From contig JACRNI010000033.1 in the NCBI GenBank assembly GCA_016234925.1, forward strand, positions 1 through 53,573: DNA of 53,573 nucleotides. Direction: 5' to 3'. The stretch is from Deltaproteobacteria bacterium (GTDB taxonomy: Bacteria; Desulfobacterota; GWC2-55-46; UBA9637; GWC2-42-11). The notes beneath the pieces were generated by a model. That model was not told the DNA's origin. It ran no database searches and saw nothing but the letters and a program-made list of their open reading frames with translations. Shown here in pieces: positions 46,099 to 53,573 of this stretch (position 1 is the stretch's first letter; each line of letters starts with the position of its first letter). The position numbers and the translations under genes are program-made.

Positions 46099-47286
46099 CT
46101 ACGCAGGCTCAAAATACTCAAATATCTTGCCCTCGTAGTTTCTTAAAGTTACTTTCCCCTTTGCCTGCGAGATTAAATATGTCGGGCTAACCGGTATCTT
46201 TCCCCCGCCGCCCGGCGCATCAACAACAAATGTCGGAACAGCATAGCCTGTTGTGTGTCCCCTCAATTTTTCAATGATATTTATCCCGACAGACACAGGC
46301 GTTCTGAAATGGCCCGTGCCTACAGCCAAATCGCATTGATATATGTAATATGGCCTTACCCTGATGGACAAGAGTTTCTGCATCAGTCTTTTCATAATAG
46401 AGGGCTTATCATTTATGCCTTTTAATAAAACTGTCTGGCTGCCAAGGGGGATGCCTGCGTCGGCAAGCATACTACAGGCATTTTTTACATCGGGTGTTAT
46501 TTCTTTAGGATGAGAAAAATGTACGCTCATATAAACAGGGTGATATTTTTTGAGCATATTGACAAGTTCCTCATCCACCCTCATTGGAAGCGTAACAGGA
46601 ACCCTTGTTCCAATCCTTATAATATCAATATGGGATATTGAACTGAGTTTTTTAAGATAATATTCAAGATGCTCTGTCTTGAGCATTAAAGGGTCTCCGC
46701 CTGATATAAGAATATCCCTTATGCTGCGCTTTGACTTTATATATTTAAATGCCTCTTCAAACCTTTCAATAGACATCGGAGGCTGTTCATCACCAACCAT
46801 CCTCCGTCTTGTGCAGTAACGGCAGTACATTGCGCATGAATCAGTTACAAGGAGCAAAGCCCTGTCAGGATAACGATGCACAAGCCCTGACACAGGCGAA
46901 TGATTATCCTCGCCGCATGGGTCAATCAAATCGCAGTTTTCTATGCTGAACTCGTTAATCCGCGGGACAGATTGTTTTCTTATTGGACAGTCCGGGTCTG
47001 TCTTGTCTATGAGTGAAAAGAAATAAGGCGTGATTGCCATTGCGAGTCTGCCGCCTGACCTTTTTATGCCTTCTTCTTCTTCAGGGGTTAATGATAAGAG
47101 GGATTTAATTTCATCCAGAGTTGTGATTCGGTTTTTAACCTGCCATTTCCAATCATTCCAGTGCGGCAGGTCTGCATCTTCTTGCTCGTTCGGGGCTATT
47201 ATCAGACCCCCGATAAAAGCACTCGAGGGCAGGTTTCTGGCAAGATTACTGCTTGGGGGTTCTGAACTCAGCGATGGTTCTATCAT
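46099..47286 (-). CDS. KamA-family radical SAM (lysine 2,3-aminomutase-like)
   Basis: WNDWKWQ, HRYPDR, CAMYCRYCTR, SGGDP, QTVLLKGIND, DAPGGGGK; 27-bp in-frame insert at 47207-47233. Confidence 0.92.
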   Translation of the reverse strand: MIEPSLSSEPPSSNLARNLPSSAFIGGLIIAPNEQEDADLPHWNDWKWQVKNRITTLDEIKSLLSLTPEEEEGIKRSGGRLAMAITPYFFSLIDKTDPDCPIRKQSVPRINEFSIENCDLIDPCGEDNHSPVSGLVHRYPDRALLLVTDSCAMYCRYCTRRRMVGDEQPPMSIERFEEAFKYIKSKRSIRDILISGGDPLMLKTEHLEYYLKKLSSISHIDIIRIGTRVPVTLPMRVDEELVNMLKKYHPVYMSVHFSHPKEITPDVKNACSMLADAGIPLGSQTVLLKGINDKPSIMKRLMQKLLSIRVRPYYIYQCDLAVGTGHFRTPVSVGINIIEKLRGHTTGYAVPTFVVDAPGGGGKIPVSPTYLISQAKGKVTLRNYEGKIFEYFEPA

Positions 47287-47312
47287 AATTTATCATCTCC
47301 TATGAAAGAATT

Positions 47313-47395
47313 GATTACACAGATTTTGAAAAATGATTACACTGATTTTAAAGCAAGTTTTAATCTGTGCAATCTGCTTTGTAATCTGTGTAATC
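47313..47395. repeat. Gene-less GATTACACAGATT element
   Basis: Direct units 47313, 47335; inverted units 47362, 47383. Confidence 0.85.
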
Positions 47396-47403
47396 AAACG
47401 TCT

Positions 47404-47670
47404 TTACCTGTTTTCTGTTTTAATCAGATTCATTTGAGGATTGCTTAATTCCTCAATTGCCTTTTCATATGCAATCTTGTATTTAAAACCTTTTTTAAGA
47501 TACTTCCATATGCACTCAATCCTTTTTACATCATCTTCGCTGTATTCCCTGAATTCCTTTTCGCCTATTACGATTTTTTGAGGCGATATATAGCCCTTTT
47601 GTTCAAGGTAATAGAGTTTCTGTCTGGGTATATCAATGAGTTTTAATAGTTCTGGGGTTTTTATGCCCAT
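47404..47670 (-). CDS. MerR-like HTH protein
   Basis: IPRQKLYYLEQKGYI.P.......REYSEDDV; start MGIKTPELL. Confidence 0.75.
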   Translation of the reverse strand: MGIKTPELLKLIDIPRQKLYYLEQKGYISPQKIVIGEKEFREYSEDDVKRIECIWKYLKKGFKYKIAYEKAIEELSNPQMNLIKTENR

Positions 47671-47869
47671 TGCAGCCTCTTTTAGCCGTGAACTGTTGCT
47701 TTTATTTATAATACCTTGATTTAATTGCATGTATAAATTTAAACTTAATTTTAAAATTAGTTTAAGTATAACATTATTTTTAAACTTGTCAAGCAAAAAC
47801 TTTCCAAATTTTTAAAAATTTTGTATTGACTTATAATGGGTTAGTGTGTTTTAAATTTTTCTGCTCCAA

Positions 47870-48988
47870 ATGAAAATCAACATCCTAAAACATATCCTTT
47901 TTTTATTTACCATTATCCTTGCGTCCTGCGCAAAGACTATACCAAGCAACGCGCTTTCCCCTGAAAACATAAAGGTTTTAATATTTAAGGATTTAAAAGA
48001 GGTAACAATAGATGGTATTGATGATATAACCTCTGCTGAAAAACTAACCGCAAAAAACACCTCCATATTAGTTACAACAAATGACTTAAAGATAAATTCT
48101 CAGCCAATAAGATTTTCCTCTCAAAATGGAATTTTATATGTAAACAACCGCCCGTTCAGAGGAGAGATTGAGATAACAAGAAATGAAAAAGGTCTCCTTG
48201 TCATAAATAACCTTGATATTGAAATCTATCTTGTCGGGCTTATAAACCATGAAATATCATCAAAATGGAATGTAGAGGCTGTAAAGGCGCAGGCAGTTAT
48301 TGCAAGGACATATGCGCTGCATCAGAAGAAAAAGAATGCAGGCAATCTCTACCACCTTGAAGGCACTGTCATTGGGCAGGTCTATTCAGGAAGCATAACA
48401 GAAGATGAGGCGGCGTTAGAGGCTGTAAAACAAACAATGGGCGAGGTCTTGACATATAATAGCGAATTGGCGCTTGCAGTCTATCATTCCAATGCAGGTG
48501 GTTATACAGAGGCGTCAAAAAATGTATGGGCAAAAGACTATCCATATTTGAGAACAGTTGAAAGCCCGTATGATATATTATCCCCAAACTTTGAATGGGG
48601 CATGTCTATTGCGCCTATTGACCTTTTCAATGCCTTAAATAATACGGGCTATAAAACAGGCGAGATAGAACAAATAATCCCCCTTGAAAAAACATCCACA
48701 GGCAGGATAACAAAAATAAGAATAATCCATAAAAATGGAAAACTTGAAATAACAGGAGAGGATTTGAGAAAGGTTCTCGGCTACGACAAACTAAAAAGCA
48801 CAAGGTTTGAGATAAAACCTGTTTTAGAAGACGGGGCTGTTAAATTATTTGTATTTTCAGGCAAGGGTTCCGGACACGGCGTTGGGCTTTCCCAATGGGG
48901 CGCTAAAGGCATGGCAGAAAACGGATATACATACAAAGAGATTTTGAAACATTATTATAAGGGTATAGAAATTACTAAAATCTACTAA
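47870..48988 (+). CDS. SpoIID/LytB-domain protein
   Basis: YL.G....E......EAVKAQAVIARTYA, QVY.G, GSGHGVGLSQWGA..MA, IL.HYY. Confidence 0.92.
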   Translation: MKINILKHILFLFTIILASCAKTIPSNALSPENIKVLIFKDLKEVTIDGIDDITSAEKLTAKNTSILVTTNDLKINSQPIRFSSQNGILYVNNRPFRGEIEITRNEKGLLVINNLDIEIYLVGLINHEISSKWNVEAVKAQAVIARTYALHQKKKNAGNLYHLEGTVIGQVYSGSITEDEAALEAVKQTMGEVLTYNSELALAVYHSNAGGYTEASKNVWAKDYPYLRTVESPYDILSPNFEWGMSIAPIDLFNALNNTGYKTGEIEQIIPLEKTSTGRITKIRIIHKNGKLEITGEDLRKVLGYDKLKSTRFEIKPVLEDGAVKLFVFSGKGSGHGVGLSQWGAKGMAENGYTYKEILKHYYKGIEITKIY

Positions 48989-50163
48989 TGAAATTATCAG
49001 AATTTGACTACAACCTTCCCAAAGATTTGATTGCCCAGTTTCCTGCTGATAAAAGGGATGAATCAAGGCTGATGGTTCTCTCACGGACTACAGGGACAAT
49101 AGAGCATAAAAGGTTCTTTGAAATAACAGAATATCTAAAAAACGGTGATGTCCTTGTTTTAAATGATACCCGTGTCATCCCTGCAAGACTTTATGGGAAA
49201 AAATCTACTAGCGGAGAAGTAGAGGTTTTTTTATTAAATGTAGCCGCAGGCTTTAGCCTGCGAGAATCTACAAGGCAAGTATGGAAATGTCTTATAGGTA
49301 ATTCAAAGGGCATAAAACCTGAAAGTGAAATTCATTTTGAACATGGTCTAAATGCAAAGGTTATTAAAAAAAACGCGGATGAAAGTTGGCTTATAGAATT
49401 ATCAGTAGGACAGGCGTCTCGCTTGTCAGTAATAGAGGCAATAGATAAAATCGGCATAATGCCTCTGCCTCCGTATATAAAAAGGGGCAAAGGGAATAAT
49501 CCCCTAATCTCCCCCGCCCATCATTCGGATGGGCACCCGCCCTCTTTAGGAAAGAGGGGAACCCCTTTTCTTCCCCCTTTAGTAAAGGGGGACATAGGGG
49601 GATTAAATGCACTTGACAGAGAACGATACCAGACAGTATTTGCAAAAAAAGAAGGCGCTGTTGCCGCGCCGACAGCAGGACTGCACTTTACAAACGAACT
49701 GCTTGCAAACATAAAATCCATTGGAGTTGAAATCCAATATATAACCCTGCACACAGGCTGGGGCACATTCAAGCCTGTCAAAGTTGATGATATAACAAAA
49801 CACAAGATGCCTAAAGAGTATTATGAGATTTCCAATAAAGTTTTTGAGTCAATAAAAAATGCAAAAAAAGAAAACAGGAGAATCATTGCAGTCGGCACAA
49901 CAGCAACAAGAACCCTTGAGACATGCGTAAAAAATGGCTGGGACAACCCGATTTTAGAAGGCTGCACAGATTTATTTGTATATCCGGGTTTTAACTTCAA
50001 GGTGGTTGATGCAATCGTTACAAACTTCCATTTGCCAAAATCAACGCTTTTGATGTTAGTCTCTGCCTTTGCAGGCAGGGACTTTATTATGAAGGCATAC
50101 AAAACCGCAATTGAAAATAACTACAGATTTTTCAGTTACGGCGATGCGATGCTCATTGTGTGA
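48988..50163 (+). CDS. queA: S-adenosylmethionine:tRNA ribosyltransferase-isomerase
   Basis: FDY.LP..LIAQ.P, LPPYI, RYQTVFA, AAPTAGLHF, TNFHLP.STL, YRFFSYGD; three in-frame repeat insertions. Confidence 0.97.
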   Translation: MKLSEFDYNLPKDLIAQFPADKRDESRLMVLSRTTGTIEHKRFFEITEYLKNGDVLVLNDTRVIPARLYGKKSTSGEVEVFLLNVAAGFSLRESTRQVWKCLIGNSKGIKPESEIHFEHGLNAKVIKKNADESWLIELSVGQASRLSVIEAIDKIGIMPLPPYIKRGKGNNPLISPAHHSDGHPPSLGKRGTPFLPPLVKGDIGGLNALDRERYQTVFAKKEGAVAAPTAGLHFTNELLANIKSIGVEIQYITLHTGWGTFKPVKVDDITKHKMPKEYYEISNKVFESIKNAKKENRRIIAVGTTATRTLETCVKNGWDNPILEGCTDLFVYPGFNFKVVDAIVTNFHLPKSTLLMLVSAFAGRDFIMKAYKTAIENNYRFFSYGDAMLIV

Positions 50164-50179
50164 GGAAAGACGACAGGTT

Positions 50180-50944
50180 TCATCTGACAAGGCTTTCAAT
50201 AAGTTTTTTCAGTGATTTCATCTCTTCATATATAATGCTCGCAACAAAAGCCCGCAGGGTGTTCAAATTGCCTTTATTTGATTTCTGCACTGCATCTATA
50301 TATTCCGCCCGTCTTATCAGAGGAATAATCACAGGGCAGCAGCCGTTCTTCATAGTGATTATGCTCAACAAAAGCCTTCCTATCCTTCCGTTGCCATCTA
50401 TAAAAGGATGAATCGACTCAAATTCAGCGTGCATGTCGCTTGCCCATTCAATGATGTGCTGGTTTCCTGCGCCGCTGTTCAAGTTTTCAATATGTCTTTT
50501 CATTAACCTGCTGACTTCTCTGTAATCCGGCGGAAGATAATCCGCTCCAGTAATGATAACATTCTTCTGCCTGTATCTGCCTGCATTCCCTGCATCTATC
50601 TGTTCAAAAAATAGTTTGTGCAGAAATAAAACATCATCTTCTGATATTGGTTTATCCAGCAACGAGTAGATATGGTCGTAAGCCTTTGCATGTCCAATAG
50701 CCTCATAATGCTCCTTTAAAGACTTCCCGCCTATTGTTATCCCATCCTCAATAACAACCTTTGTCTCCGACTCTGTAAGGGTATTTCCTTCTATTGCATT
50801 GGATGTATATGTAAGTCCAATGCGGTAATAATCCCTGAGTTGTTTGACAACATGGTCAGAAAACGGCCGATAGCCGTCAAGGGCGGATTTGAGGGAGGCG
50901 AGTTTTGAAAGGATGTCTTTGGTTTCTGTAGGCATATCAGACAA
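50180..50944 (-). CDS. Fic-family protein
   Basis: TYTSNAIEGNTL, HPFIDGNGRIGR. Confidence 0.92.
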   Translation of the reverse strand: MSDMPTETKDILSKLASLKSALDGYRPFSDHVVKQLRDYYRIGLTYTSNAIEGNTLTESETKVVIEDGITIGGKSLKEHYEAIGHAKAYDHIYSLLDKPISEDDVLFLHKLFFEQIDAGNAGRYRQKNVIITGADYLPPDYREVSRLMKRHIENLNSGAGNQHIIEWASDMHAEFESIHPFIDGNGRIGRLLLSIITMKNGCCPVIIPLIRRAEYIDAVQKSNKGNLNTLRAFVASIIYEEMKSLKKLIESLVR

Positions 50945-51021
50945 AAAGGGGAGGGAATAAATCCGTTTCCTTTTTATATGTCTTAATGGGAAGTAGAAAA
51001 TTCAATTCTCTAAATAGATAC

Positions 51022-51849
51022 TCAAGTTGCATGATGAGGTATGACAAGTGACTGCTTCCACCTTCTATTAAAGTTTTCAATTAAAGCCTCTACAATATTT
51101 TTATTAGAGTTTTTGTTAAGGATAATAGCGAAGGATTCTTTAGATCCCAAATCTTTAATGCTATGCCCCAAAATAACTACATGCTCAGATGAGACGGCAT
51201 ATCTATCATGTATATCTGTATAAGGATAGCTTTTAAACTCTATAGTTGGATGCTCTGTTTTAAAATCTTTTAATTCACGCAAGAATTGTTCTTTCTCTTT
51301 ATCTCTTATATTTTCAATCTTAGTCAGTAACTTAACATCTTCTTTCCTTTTAAGATTACTCAAAATATCTAAAGTTCTTTCACTGCAATAAGGATCAACA
51401 ATCCTTAACTCGCCATGGAGATTATCTAAAACATTTTTTGATAAAAGTCTTTTGCTTGTGTAATGTTTATCTGGTTCAAAATACAATACTTCTATGGAAC
51501 CCCCTCTAACCTGAGAGGCTAAATAATCTTTTCCTGATTTCATAATCTCAAAACAGACTCTTCCATTTTCTTGATAAGGATGAATTTTGTCTCCCGCTCT
51601 GTTTAAGGAATTAGTAATGACTCTCTCATCAATACTGATTTCCTTTATATCCCTCATTATTGAGGCTATTTCCTCCGCAGATAGTCTTTTTATTCCTAAT
51701 TTTTCCTTTACAACCCATAGAATCCATAGGCTTCTTTCGAAGGGCTTGTTATAACTATAAAAATCAGGAAAATCGGATATATCAACATCCCTGAATTTCT
51801 TTAAAAATTCTATTATGCTCTTATTTTGATCCGAAACCATCTTCAACAT
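51022..51849 (-). CDS. Hypothetical: N-terminal wHTH-like plus C-terminal PLD-like nuclease-type domain
   Basis: LRIVDPY ... IHDRYAV ... ILGHSIKDLG motifs in the C-terminal half. Confidence 0.55.
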   Translation of the reverse strand: MLKMVSDQNKSIIEFLKKFRDVDISDFPDFYSYNKPFERSLWILWVVKEKLGIKRLSAEEIASIMRDIKEISIDERVITNSLNRAGDKIHPYQENGRVCFEIMKSGKDYLASQVRGGSIEVLYFEPDKHYTSKRLLSKNVLDNLHGELRIVDPYCSERTLDILSNLKRKEDVKLLTKIENIRDKEKEQFLRELKDFKTEHPTIEFKSYPYTDIHDRYAVSSEHVVILGHSIKDLGSKESFAIILNKNSNKNIVEALIENFNRRWKQSLVIPHHAT

Positions 51850-52228
51850 GCCCTTCCCCAGAATTAGTTAAATACCATGCTTTTAAATTATCTTTCTTCT
51901 CCTTTGCTTCCGCCATGTAGCCTTTCTCTATATTCTTAATTACTTTATAGTTTATGTTTCCTGGGATTGACTCCTTCGCTGTCCCAAAGCAAGATTCTAA
52001 GTCCTTTGCATTAAAAGAAGAAAACCCTTCATATTTTTCAAGGTAATAACCTATGACTAGAGTTTTTTGAATGTCACCTTTAGGTCTTTTTGAAATAATA
52101 AATTCTTTAACAGAAATTTTCTTTTTAACAGTTTCTGGTTTATCATTAAATAAGCTCTCCAACTGCAATATTCTTTTTTCATGTTCCTCCAATTTTTTCT
52201 TTATTTCAACAATTTCAGTATCAGACAT
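51821..52228 (-). CDS. Hypothetical coiled-coil plus winged-helix protein
   Basis: LEEHEKRI..LE; IGYYLEKY; P.NIN.....IEKGY; WYLTNSGE wing. Confidence 0.6.
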   Translation of the reverse strand: MSDTEIVEIKKKLEEHEKRILQLESLFNDKPETVKKKISVKEFIISKRPKGDIQKTLVIGYYLEKYEGFSSFNAKDLESCFGTAKESIPGNINYKVIKNIEKGYMAEAKEKKDNLKAWYLTNSGEGHVEDGFGSK

Positions 52229-52248
52229 TGCTATACCCTCCTTCTTCT

Positions 52249-52674
52249 TTAAGCATGCTTCTTCAGTTTCTTCTCTATGTGATTTAAAATCTTTTCAACC
52301 AAATTTACAGAGATACTATGATGTACATACTTTCCTTTCTTAATTTGTCTTATTTTGTTCTCCTCCCGAAGTTCCTTTAACCAAGGCAACAGAGAACCTG
52401 AAGGAATCCCAAGTTCGTTTAATAATTCATTATTCCCAGCATCATCAGTGGATGCAAACTCAGCCTCCTTTGCATACAATTTCCCTATAAGATACAACAT
52501 GATTTGTTCCTTGCCATTCAACCTATCCTTATGAAGCACCTCTACCTTTCCATCCTTAGTTATGCGAATAAATTGCTTTGCCAAATTAAAATTTTTTTCC
52601 AGAGCATTGGAATAATCAACGGTCATTTCCTCAATTATTTTTTCTTTTAGGCTACCATCTTTCTTGGTGTCCAT
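52249..52674 (-). CDS. Hypothetical winged-helix protein
   Basis: IMLYLIGKLYA; ELLNELGIPSGSLLPWLKELREENKI HTH-like; AGGAGG RBS. Confidence 0.6.
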   Translation of the reverse strand: MDTKKDGSLKEKIIEEMTVDYSNALEKNFNLAKQFIRITKDGKVEVLHKDRLNGKEQIMLYLIGKLYAKEAEFASTDDAGNNELLNELGIPSGSLLPWLKELREENKIRQIKKGKYVHHSISVNLVEKILNHIEKKLKKHA

Positions 52675-52702
52675 CCTTAACCTCCTCTTATAATAAGAGT
52701 AA

Positions 52703-52732
52703 TATATATAATATAATAAATGTTAATGTCAA
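52703..52732 (-). promoter_or_regulatory. Sigma70-like promoter of the three-gene operon
   Basis: TTGACA-N18-TATATT on the minus strand in AT-rich DNA. Confidence 0.45.
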
Positions 52733-53000
52733 GTGTAATTTTAGTTTTGCTTAATATAGATGGTATGGCAATACAGTGATAACGAAAAAGAGGTTGGGTT
52801 TAAAATAGTATCACAATATTATAGTTATTATATTGGTTTTAAGTTGTTTTAAAAATTATGTTTAATTCATCATGATATGAATAGAGTAGAAAGTAACAAA
52901 ATTTACAAATCGAGCACAAGATATTCCTTGCATAGCAACATGGAGCGCAAAAGAGGACAAAGAAACAACTCTTTTTCTTGTATTGCTAAATTTCAAATAA

Positions 53001-53573
<573 letters not shown>

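Noticed and set aside
1020-52343. Numerous opposite-strand ORFs overlapping long genes
   Set aside because: Shadow frames of well-supported CDSs, with no motifs or RBS support.

Overview
AT-rich (visually about 38-40% GC) bacterial window, probably deltaproteobacterial (inferred from the cpoB-dprA-smg-topA and spoIID-queA-tgt gene orders). 1-23 kb is a minus-strand flagellin-glycosylation-type operon preceded by a sigma54 motif and an IHF site. It encodes two Maf/DUF115 proteins, a PseG-like protein, an aminotransferase, several methyltransferases, a transaldolase, two Zn-dehydrogenases, an ATP-grasp protein, a B12 radical SAM protein and a GH57-like protein, and ends at a sigma28 motif. fabI and galT follow. 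25.4-33 kb is a decaying accessory island: SpeD-like decarboxylase, SMR transporter, deoxyhypusine-synthase-like enzyme, a close GAMT homologue, scrambled PRMT-like fragments, a frameshifted SET gene and a truncated kinase. The rest is housekeeping (topA, smg, dprA, cpoB, nadE, a KamA-family gene, queA, tgt) with a Fic gene plus a three-gene wHTH/PLD-like operon between queA and tgt. The most striking feature is a dense layer of small selfish DNA: GxxExxY and four-helix-bundle genes flanked by their own inverted repeat arrays, gene-less copies of those arrays elsewhere, GTAG-headed REPs, ~125-bp MITE-like elements, and 24-27-bp mini-elements nested in one another and in frame within enzymes. 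Several toxin-antitoxin cassettes sit between duplicated gene ends. No rRNA, tRNA, CRISPR array, integrase or transposase gene was recognised.
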